This document shows positions 18,841-25,435 of a DNA stretch of 43,160 bases, one piece after another (position 1 is the stretch's first letter; every line of letters begins with the position of its first letter). The stretch spans positions 1 through 43,160 of the forward strand of contig JAYSZA010000004.1 in the NCBI GenBank assembly GCA_043727115.1, in the 5' to 3' direction. Source of the DNA: Candidatus Saccharimonadota bacterium (GTDB lineage: Bacteria; Patescibacteriota; Saccharimonadia; Saccharimonadales; SZUA-47). The notes below the pieces were generated by a model. It was not told the DNA's origin. It made no database searches and was given only the letters and a program-made list of their open reading frames with translations. The position numbers and the translations under genes were made by a program.

Positions 18841-19102
18841 ATAATAACAAAGTGGAGTGGTGAAATAGGTAGACACTAATAGTGATAGGTTGCAACGACA
18901 TGCCACCCATCGACCTTGTGCGAGAAGTACATCCGCCCACATCAGAGTAACGTAAGGGGAAATCCCGACTTCGGCAGTAATGTGGCGAAACCATCCTATA
19001 AATGGGAATTGTGTGGTAAAACTCTGGCAAATTGTGGAGTGCGGGAGCACATAGAGGGCAACCACTGCAAGGTGCAAATCCTTGCCTCCACTTTGTTATT
19101 AT
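18841..19102 (+). ncRNA. Unclassified tRNA-Leu-like structured RNA with a large internal insertion
   Basis: Perfect 17-bp closing helix (18841-57/19086-102). D-arm-like TGGTGAAATAGGTAGACAC and T-arm-like GCAAGG-TGCAAAT-CCTTGC abutting the helix. Internal helices include cUUCGg and GNRA tetraloops. Confidence 0.55.
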
Positions 19103-19308
19103 GAACATCTTATTATTTATATATAGAGCCACTGGGTAACGGTATAGAATTGCCCCTATACGCTCTGTATATAAGTTTAGAAATGATACTAGGGAGTCTT
19201 CGGGTGGCCACGAGATTACGGATTACGTTGTAATGATCTGCTTTAAGATTGCATTACGTACGCATGTATGAAGCCCAGCTACGTTATTTTATGTGTTTTG
19301 AGTTAGTG

Positions 19309-19352
19309 AGGGTTTACCTGCATAAGGATATAGCGGGTAGACCCTTTTATAG
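19309..19352 (+). terminator. Strong intrinsic terminator just upstream of int
   Basis: 13-bp stem AGGGTTTACCTGC/GCGGGTAGACCCT with two U-G pairs that form only in the + strand RNA. 11-nt loop, then TTTTATAGTTTTT. Confidence 0.65.
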
Positions 19353-19395
19353 TTTTTAATTATTTGATTAGCAAGTAAAGATGGAGTAAGATTTA

Positions 19396-20292
19396 ATGTC
19401 ATCCCTAAGACAAAAAAATAGGTGGGAGACAGAAAGTACAGCCTCTATGAAACTAAGCGAAGGCCTTGTTTTCTATACTCAAAATTACTTGTTTATGCGT
19501 GGGTACGCTAAATCAACCAATGATAACTATAGGTGGGCTGTGACTTCGTTCATCAAGGTTGTCGGAGATAAAGATATTAGTGACGTTACGCTTGACGATG
19601 TACTGAAGTGGAGATTTTATATCAAAGAACAAGGTTGGGCTACCAATGCAGTTAATGCCTATTGTTACAAGCTACGGAAGATACTTGCGTACTTTGTGAG
19701 AAAAGGTTACTTAACGATTGATTTAGAAGATTTCCTGATTCCTAAGAAAGAACAGAAGCTACCTACATATCTATCCTTAGAAGAAGCGCAGAGAGTCTAT
19801 AGGGCGTGTTTAGATTCCAGAGAGCGTCTGATAGTGGCTCTACTGTTTGCAACGGGCATACGGGTCTCAGAATTGTGTCAGATACGCACGAAAGATATTC
19901 AAGGTGATAAGATTCTTATTCGTGGTAAGGGTTCACGGGAAAGATATGTATATACGGATGAGGCTACCCGTGAGTGCGTCTCTGCTTACCTACTCGAGCG
20001 TAAGGCCAGCTCACAGTTTCTACTCGATTCAATCCGAGGAAATAATCTGACTATAAGTAGAGTGCAGGATATTATGCAAGAACTAGGAACTAGAAGCGGA
20101 ATAGATAAACACTTAACTTGTCATGTTTTTAGACATACATACGCTACCCTGCTACTTTCAAATGGGTGTAACCTAAGGCATATCCAAGAGTTGTTAGGCC
20201 ATGCAGATATTTCTACTACGCAGATATATACCCATGTAACGAATAGTGATCTTGCGGGTAGTTATATGAAGTATCATGTGTCTTTAACCTAA
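19396..20292 (+). CDS. int: Tyrosine recombinase / phage integrase (XerC/D-like)
   Basis: N-terminal SAM-like core-binding domain. Catalytic region 'ATGIRVSEL', 'GKGSRERYV', 'HVFRHTYAT' and 'LGHADISTTQIYTHV' supplies the R-K-H-R-H-Y residues. Confidence 0.92.
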   Translation: MSSLRQKNRWETESTASMKLSEGLVFYTQNYLFMRGYAKSTNDNYRWAVTSFIKVVGDKDISDVTLDDVLKWRFYIKEQGWATNAVNAYCYKLRKILAYFVRKGYLTIDLEDFLIPKKEQKLPTYLSLEEAQRVYRACLDSRERLIVALLFATGIRVSELCQIRTKDIQGDKILIRGKGSRERYVYTDEATRECVSAYLLERKASSQFLLDSIRGNNLTISRVQDIMQELGTRSGIDKHLTCHVFRHTYATLLLSNGCNLRHIQELLGHADISTTQIYTHVTNSDLAGSYMKYHVSLT

Positions 20293-20419
20293 AGACCCGC
20301 CGAGACGAATCAAGGCGGGTGCTGTGCGGTGGGATAAGCCTCGGTCTGGCAATAATTTCCGATATTTTAGTCTGTTTTAGGGCTTGGTACACCATACGGT
20401 GACACATGCTAATCCCGAT

Positions 20420-20489
20420 GTACTCCCCTGACGTATTGCGTACTCCGGTTCTGTACTCCTTATATATTATAGCATTTATAAAGTACTGC
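20420..20489. promoter_or_regulatory. GTACT(C/G)C boxes (x4) around a minus-strand TGcTATAAT promoter, downstream of int
   Basis: GTACTCC at 20420, 20440 and 20453, and GTACTGC at 20483. The extended -10 is read on the minus strand at 20474-20466. Confidence 0.45.
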
Positions 20490-20632
20490 CGATAAACCTT
20501 ATAGAAACAAGCAAACTTTATGAAGTTGTGGCTGTTACTCTACTCAGGCATCAATACAGTTCCGTCAAGAGTCATTTAACATTTTACAGCGAATTACGGA
20601 CTCACGTTAAGCCCCACGGTAGCACCACTATA

Positions 20633-21043
20633 TTATTCTAACCAGTCAGGCATAGAGTCGAGATCACCCACGCTAAACGCTTCATACTGCTCGACAACAT
20701 GTTTCATTGGATAAAGTGTAGTCATTACACATGCCCATGTTCCAACGACATTTGCGACATGTTCAAATGGTACGGCGGTGAATTTTTCCCTGAAATACCA
20801 CGTCCATACGTCTGATTCGTCTAGGTCGTACTTGATAGCGATGCAGTCTAGTTCATCTGCTATTTGGTTTACATAGATAATCGTATTCTCTTGCGTCACT
20901 TGCATTGGCTCGGTTTCCTGATAGGCTACGGGTACTATCTCGATACCAGTTGTTTCCAGTAGTTGATTGAGTCTAGGAGTCCAGATTACGCCACCGTAAT
21001 CTGGTCTGAATAAGTCCTGTTCGCACTGTACGAAGTCAGCCAT
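20633..21043 (-). CDS. Acidic hypothetical phage protein (136 aa)
   Basis: Last gene of the minus-strand block and rich in D/E. Its start overlaps the upstream stop by 8 nt. Confidence 0.5.
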   Translation of the reverse strand: MADFVQCEQDLFRPDYGGVIWTPRLNQLLETTGIEIVPVAYQETEPMQVTQENTIIYVNQIADELDCIAIKYDLDESDVWTWYFREKFTAVPFEHVANVVGTWACVMTTLYPMKHVVEQYEAFSVGDLDSMPDWLE

Positions 21044-21254
21044 CTAAATGCTCCGTTCTCAAACTAGGACAATGGAAATCGCCATTCAGGTCAAAACCCA
21101 CTTGCGTATCAGGCACAATCGTCTGAAATGGATGATAAACAGCTTCAAACTCCTGTTGACCTAAATCTGTACGTTCTAGCATTAAGTGAGCTAGGATAGT
21201 CTGTACGTCTTGTACTCTGCGTGTGCGTGGTGAATTATGTTCAAAGCGTTCCAT
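21036..21254 (-). CDS. Hypothetical phage protein (72 aa)
   Basis: ATG start overlapping the upstream gene, inside the co-directional block. Confidence 0.4.
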   Translation of the reverse strand: MERFEHNSPRTRRVQDVQTILAHLMLERTDLGQQEFEAVYHPFQTIVPDTQVGFDLNGDFHCPSLRTEHLDG

Positions 21255-21516
21255 TTTCTTCTTTCTCGGTTATCATTGAGTATGTATTTGCGTATCCAGC
21301 TATGTCTATAATCGAATCACGATGATACGGAGTGTTTAATAATCTAGCTACTTTTACTTGAATCATGTATAAAGCGTGTTTAAGTCGTGGGTCTATGTTT
21401 GACTCTAGAATAGGTTTAGTCATCTGTGCAACCTTTTTGAAATCATCGGCAGGATGACCGTAGACCTCTTGTCTGTCTTCGGATGTTAGCTTTTGGGCTT
21501 CTTCTAGTATTGTCAT
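21241..21516 (-). CDS. Phage protein resembling the N-terminal domain of dATP/dGTP diphosphohydrolases
   Basis: 'RQEVYGHPADDF', 'MIQVKVARL' and 'HRDSIIDIAGYA' fit that pattern. The start was reset to 21516, giving an ATGA overlap with the upstream stop. Confidence 0.4.
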   Translation of the reverse strand: MTILEEAQKLTSEDRQEVYGHPADDFKKVAQMTKPILESNIDPRLKHALYMIQVKVARLLNTPYHRDSIIDIAGYANTYSMITEKEENGTL

Positions 21517-21902
21517 TTCTCGGCCTTTCCTGCTTGATAAGCCCATATAATCGCATAGGCTAGCGATGTTGTTGTGTATTCGTTTTTCTCAATTTCAGCT
21601 TTGCTTTTACCCTCCTGTGAATCCCATAGTGGTGATAGGAGTACGTGACAAAGTTCATGCACAAGACATTCTTCAAGTTGTACATCGTCTAGTTTTGCCG
21701 ACTCGCTTAGGTAGATGTTCACGTAATGATTGCGATATTCCCATGAAGCGGTAACATCAGCCACCGCGTTACTACAATCTGGATTCGGTATACGATGAAA
21801 ATCGAAGTGAAATCTATCCTTGTGTAGTCCTAAAATATCGCGCCATTTGTCTAATACAGCTTTAGTTCTTTTGCGTTCAGCTTTTACTTCTTTGTCTGTC
21901 AT
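21513..21902 (-). CDS. Small HExxH metallopeptidase-like protein
   Basis: 'LVHELCHVLLSP' zinc-binding motif, 129 aa. Confidence 0.45.
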   Translation of the reverse strand: MTDKEVKAERKRTKAVLDKWRDILGLHKDRFHFDFHRIPNPDCSNAVADVTASWEYRNHYVNIYLSESAKLDDVQLEECLVHELCHVLLSPLWDSQEGKSKAEIEKNEYTTTSLAYAIIWAYQAGKAEK

Positions 21903-21911
21903 ACTCCTCCT

Positions 21912-22682
21912 TTAATTTACATACTGCATTTTTTGATGAGATTCTTCGGGTACTCTGGACTTCGCCATGCCACCACAATTTTTACATCTGTAGTATTGAT
22001 ACCTGTTACCATTGGTCGATTGATATTTCATGCACTTGGTCATTGAATCAGGTGTTCCACATTTCGGACATGCTGTTGGTCTGCCGGTCATTACGTTCAT
22101 TTGAGGGTGAGTCTTCATCCAAGGACGGACTTGCTCGTATAATTGCTCTAGAGTATCTACGTCTTGCAGGTTGTATTTCTTGAAGTGTTTTTGAGCTTTT
22201 TTATCCCCTGCCATGCTGTTTATCCAAGTATCGTAACCACCTGCGTCGTCTTTAGGGTCTAGCTCTAGACTCTTGGCTAGTGCGGATAATGAATTGCTTG
22301 TATGTGCAGATACCTTCTTAACTTCTAGCTTGGTGTCAATTTGTCTATATGGTGCAGGTGGTGACATTTTATGTATCATCATCCTTGCTTGAGATTTCTT
22401 CTCATCAAAAGCTCGACCGTTATGGGCTATGACAATATCTGCTTCGTTGAATAGTTCCCACAGCTTCTGAACAACTTGTTTATCGTTACGGACGTTCGGC
22501 TTGAAGTCGTCAAAATCCCATTGAGCAACAAAGTGTGTTTTCTTATCCCCTAGCCACTTGTAAGCGAAACAGATGATGTCCCAATCTTCTACTACTCGTA
22601 CTGCGTTGGTCTGCCAGATACCCCATACATGGGCTACTATGGCACTCGTTTCGATGTCATATATTAATGTACGTGGTTTCAT
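21912..22682 (-). CDS. DEDD-type 3'-5' exonuclease (RNase H-like fold) with C-terminal zinc ribbon
   Basis: 'LIYDIETS' (Exo I), 'AHNGRAFDEK' (Exo II) and 'YNLQDV' (Exo III), with 'CPKCG...CKNCG' at the C-terminus. Confidence 0.6.
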   Translation of the reverse strand: MKPRTLIYDIETSAIVAHVWGIWQTNAVRVVEDWDIICFAYKWLGDKKTHFVAQWDFDDFKPNVRNDKQVVQKLWELFNEADIVIAHNGRAFDEKKSQARMMIHKMSPPAPYRQIDTKLEVKKVSAHTSNSLSALAKSLELDPKDDAGGYDTWINSMAGDKKAQKHFKKYNLQDVDTLEQLYEQVRPWMKTHPQMNVMTGRPTACPKCGTPDSMTKCMKYQSTNGNRYQYYRCKNCGGMAKSRVPEESHQKMQYVN

Positions 22683-23066
22683 CTACGCCACCATTCTGTA
22701 TGAGCCTTTAATTGACTGCCATTGTTCTGGCATGACTTGATATGTCTCACAAGTTTTAGACTCTCGAACAACGTCAATAACGCCGTTCATAAATAGGTAC
22801 TCATCTACAACGTCAATCATCAGGGAATCTCTTGGCATTGGTGGGCCAGAGAATCTATCATGCAGTTCGTTGTGATCAGTAATGTTCATTGTCTGAACAT
22901 TAGGCAGCAGGCCTCTGAAAACCTGTCTGTATCTTTTATCCATGTACCACGCTCTATCGAAATATAGGTGGTGGTTGTTTGTGACTCTGCGTTCAGGAGA
23001 CACTATCTCATAGCCGATTTCTTCTATCGGAAGTGCTACCCCGTCTCTGACAGGATAGCGACCCAT
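22683..23066 (-). CDS. Hypothetical phage protein, possibly a His-Me-finger-like nuclease
   Basis: 'NNHHLYFDR...DHNELH' spacing resembles HNH-type motifs. This is weak. Confidence 0.3.
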   Translation of the reverse strand: MGRYPVRDGVALPIEEIGYEIVSPERRVTNNHHLYFDRAWYMDKRYRQVFRGLLPNVQTMNITDHNELHDRFSGPPMPRDSLMIDVVDEYLFMNGVIDVVRESKTCETYQVMPEQWQSIKGSYRMVA

Positions 23067-23068
23067 CG

Positions 23069-23281
23069 TTAGCGTCCTTCTGGTACGTTAGGCAAGTTCT
23101 TGTTTGCTATGTCCTTGAGTGTATTGACCATGAACAGAATGAATGGATACCAGCCAGCACTTGAGTAATCTTCTGTTAGGACTATTACTAAAGCTGTCAA
23201 TGCTCCGGATACAGTCATCCAGAAAATACGTAGTAATAGCCTTTTAAGTGCGCTATCTTCTTTGAAATAATCTTTGAACAT
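23069..23281 (-). CDS. Holin-like two-TM protein (70 aa)
   Basis: Two hydrophobic helices and a charged C-terminus, immediately downstream of the endolysin gene. Confidence 0.5.
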   Translation of the reverse strand: MFKDYFKEDSALKRLLLRIFWMTVSGALTALVIVLTEDYSSAGWYPFILFMVNTLKDIANKNLPNVPEGR

Positions 23282-23292
23282 TATTGTCTCCT

Positions 23293-23946
23293 TTATTTAA
23301 TTTTTTCGCCATAACCCAGAGGCAAGGACACTTGTCCAAACGATTGAGTATTTATAACGACTGAGTTGAGTGATTTGTCGGTGGCTAGTATCTTGTAAGA
23401 TAGCCCACCGTATTTATTAGGAAGTAAAGTTCCTACTGGAGTTCTAGGTGATACTGAACCAACTTTGTAGACTCTCCATGTAGCACCTGTAAGATAAACA
23501 GTTTTACCTACAGCCCAAGCGTACGGGTGTGAATTTACTGGTGGTTTTGGTGGCGTTACATAGAGGATAGGATTGACGTATTTGCCGTTAACTGAAAGAC
23601 CCCAGTGCAGGTGTGGCCCTGTCGTATAGCCTGTTTTGCCTGAGTAACCTATTAACTGGCCTTCTGCTACTGCCCGACCATTAGGAACAATATAGCTGTT
23701 AAGATGTAGTAGCCTAGTAACCATCCCACCGTTAGCAATACGGACTTCGTTTCCTGCTGTTCCATTACGCATAGCCATGATGACTGTTCCCTTGTGGGGG
23801 GCATAAACTGGTGTACCTACTGGTGCTGGGTAATCCTGACCGCCATGCTTCCAGCCAAATGTAGTTCCGTCAGGGTTTTTAATTAGTAGTGGATATGGAC
23901 TTGCGCCAAAGGGATAACCTGCTGGTTTGTTTATTGGATGTATCAT
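23293..23946 (-). CDS. M23 family metallopeptidase (endolysin)
   Basis: 'HGGQDY' (HxxxD) and 'GPHLHWG' (HxH) motifs. SD 'AAAGGAG' lies upstream. Confidence 0.8.
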   Translation of the reverse strand: MIHPINKPAGYPFGASPYPLLIKNPDGTTFGWKHGGQDYPAPVGTPVYAPHKGTVIMAMRNGTAGNEVRIANGGMVTRLLHLNSYIVPNGRAVAEGQLIGYSGKTGYTTGPHLHWGLSVNGKYVNPILYVTPPKPPVNSHPYAWAVGKTVYLTGATWRVYKVGSVSPRTPVGTLLPNKYGGLSYKILATDKSLNSVVINTQSFGQVSLPLGYGEKIK

Positions 23947-23955
23947 AGAACTCCT

Positions 23956-24222
23956 TTATTTAGTTATGTTGTTTACAAAGTAAGCTATTAGTGCACCGAT
24001 AAATGTAAAGCTTGTTCCGATTAGTGCTTTTTGCCATACTTGAGCCTGCTTGTATGCGTCAAATTCTCTCCGTGTGACTATCTTTGGTTCTTCTGTTTCT
24101 GAACCCATGAGAAATACCTTTATATCCTTTACGTTCTCTTTTAGTTCGTGAATATCGTTAGTCATGTTTTCCCTATATATTTTTAGGTTCTCTATTTCTG
24201 TTTCTACGGATTTAGCTGTCAT
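23956..24222 (-). CDS. Coiled-coil protein with C-terminal TM anchor (holin/lysis accessory candidate)
   Basis: 88 aa with a charged N-terminal half and 'LIGTSFTFIGALIAYFV' as the TM segment. Confidence 0.4.
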   Translation of the reverse strand: MTAKSVETEIENLKIYRENMTNDIHELKENVKDIKVFLMGSETEEPKIVTRREFDAYKQAQVWQKALIGTSFTFIGALIAYFVNNITK

Positions 24223-24231
24223 ATTAAGTTC

Positions 24232-25425
24232 CTATGCCGCCTCATAAGTAACTTGTCCAACTGAAAGAGCTTTTCCACCCGAACCAGTCCAAACCGTTTC
24301 TGCGGAGTCTTTAAACACAGATATACCAGCTCCTCCAGATATAACTCTCATGTAGCCAGGAGTGGCCTGAGTCACACTGTTGTCTGTCACTGTTGCGTGA
24401 CCACTCCATCTTGCGTTAGTAATTGTCGCCGCCGTAATTGGTAACGTAATAGTAAACGTAGTTGCGTTTGATGTGCCTGTGCTTGCCTGGCGTATGAAAG
24501 CAGTGACTTTTTTACCGTCCATAACAAACCGATTAACGGTGTTCGTTGGGTCGGCAGAAAATCCAGTAAGTGTTGGCGTATAATTCATAAATCTAGGAAA
24601 ATCTAGCGGAGTAGCAGACTTGGATAGTCTGATACCACTAATAGCAGCGTTGGCTAGCGTGTAGTCAGACCCGCCAGTTATGGTTAGCGTAGTTGCAGCA
24701 ACTCCAACGATGTAGAAGTATTTAGTAGTGGTATTAACTAGACGTATTTTGTCGCCTACAGAATAGCGAGTTGTAGCATCTGTGGGAACGGTAATTGTAG
24801 TAGCGGAAGCATACGTCCAAGTATCACCAATAGTCAGCCACCCAGAAGCAAGCTCAAGTGCATTGATGTTCACTTGACCAGAACCGATGGTCGATAAACC
24901 AAGACTGACATTTGAATCACTACCTGTAGCTGTAATCGTTGGCCTATTACCTGTTGCTGCATTAGTGATAGTTATTTCATTTACTGCACTAGCTACGTCT
25001 ACCCATTTAAGTCGTTCGTTACCGTTTGCACCAATAACGTCTTTTAGTGTTCCGTCAGGATTAGCATGAGTTAGTCCCCACTCCACTATTCTGTTTTCGC
25101 GTTCTGCACTAACAGGTATATAAACTCTTGTTAATGCACCCGCCGAGTAGTTTCTATCTCCTACACCTGTCATCCAGTCAACATCCGTCACGCTTGTGGC
25201 GGTTGCGACAATACCCACGTATTCGTTGTATGTTCCCTCTACTTGGATTTCTTCGCCATTTACAACTTCTGCTTCATCTATTGCAAAGATTACCGCTTTA
25301 CCGACAGCAGGCCAGTTGGTCGTTGCAACCACCGTAATTGACGCACCTCCTGCCGTATATCCAGCGTCAAGTGTGGTTGCTGACCCTGGTTCTCCTACCT
25401 CAAGTAATAAATCTGTGTTTGCCAT
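24232..25425 (-). CDS. Tail fibre-like / receptor-binding structural protein (397 aa)
   Basis: T/S/G/A/V-rich beta-type composition, strong SD, and position next to the tail genes. Confidence 0.45.
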   Translation of the reverse strand: MANTDLLLEVGEPGSATTLDAGYTAGGASITVVATTNWPAVGKAVIFAIDEAEVVNGEEIQVEGTYNEYVGIVATATSVTDVDWMTGVGDRNYSAGALTRVYIPVSAERENRIVEWGLTHANPDGTLKDVIGANGNERLKWVDVASAVNEITITNAATGNRPTITATGSDSNVSLGLSTIGSGQVNINALELASGWLTIGDTWTYASATTITVPTDATTRYSVGDKIRLVNTTTKYFYIVGVAATTLTITGGSDYTLANAAISGIRLSKSATPLDFPRFMNYTPTLTGFSADPTNTVNRFVMDGKKVTAFIRQASTGTSNATTFTITLPITAATITNARWSGHATVTDNSVTQATPGYMRVISGGAGISVFKDSAETVWTGSGGKALSVGQVTYEAA

Positions 25426-25435
25426 TTTTTATCTC

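Noticed and set aside
18851-19092. A canonical tRNA-Leu interrupted by a group I intron in the anticodon loop
   Set aside because: I could not place a 5-bp anticodon stem with U33 next to the D-arm. 11 extra nt separate the D-arm from the only candidate stem (GGTTG/CAACC), and the base after that stem is CA, not YU. The insert (~160-190 nt) is shorter than known tRNA group I introns. I could not identify the P3/P7/J8-7 core, only a GGCGAAACC string reminiscent of J3/4. It remains an open alternative, but the sequence alone does not support it.
18841-19102. tmRNA (ssrA) as the identity of the structured RNA (smpB is in the window and tmRNA genes are common att sites)
   Set aside because: No GGGG 5' end and no G3-U70 pair in the closing helix (positions 3:70 would be U-A or G-C). 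No recognisable resume codon or tag ORF ending in a hydrophobic tail. At ~250 nt it is much shorter than typical tmRNAs, and the D-region looks like tRNA-Leu, not the tmRNA 'GGAUUCGA' element.
18841-19102. MITE or retron msr-msd (terminal inverted repeats around a structured core)
   Set aside because: No target-site duplication flanks the 17-bp inverted repeats (TGAT versus ATGA flanks merely extend the palindrome imperfectly). There is no second copy in the window and no reverse transcriptase gene nearby, since the adjacent gene is a tyrosine recombinase.
18800-19132. Track ORFs 18800..19132 (-), 18808..19077 (-) and 18916..19104 (+) as protein-coding genes
   Set aside because: They overlap each other on both strands exactly over the helix-rich tRNA-like element. 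They lack SD sites or promoter-proximal ATGs (one starts at TTG) and have Cys/His/Arg-rich, low-plausibility sequences. An RNA element explains the region better.
19051-19135. Cobalamin riboswitch (AGGGCAA...GGTGCAAATCC...CCAC, plus GCCACTG at 19128-19134, and a cobO gene in the window)
   Set aside because: The resemblance is limited to short strings of the B12-element core. No B12 box is present, the flanking pairing does not reproduce the riboswitch junction, and the downstream gene is an integrase rather than a corrinoid-related gene.
20216-20407. 63-aa ORF antisense to the 3' end of int
   Set aside because: It overlaps int by 77 nt on the opposite strand, has no SD, and has an implausible Arg/His/Ser-rich sequence. 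The promoter upstream of it is better interpreted as driving a non-coding antisense RNA.
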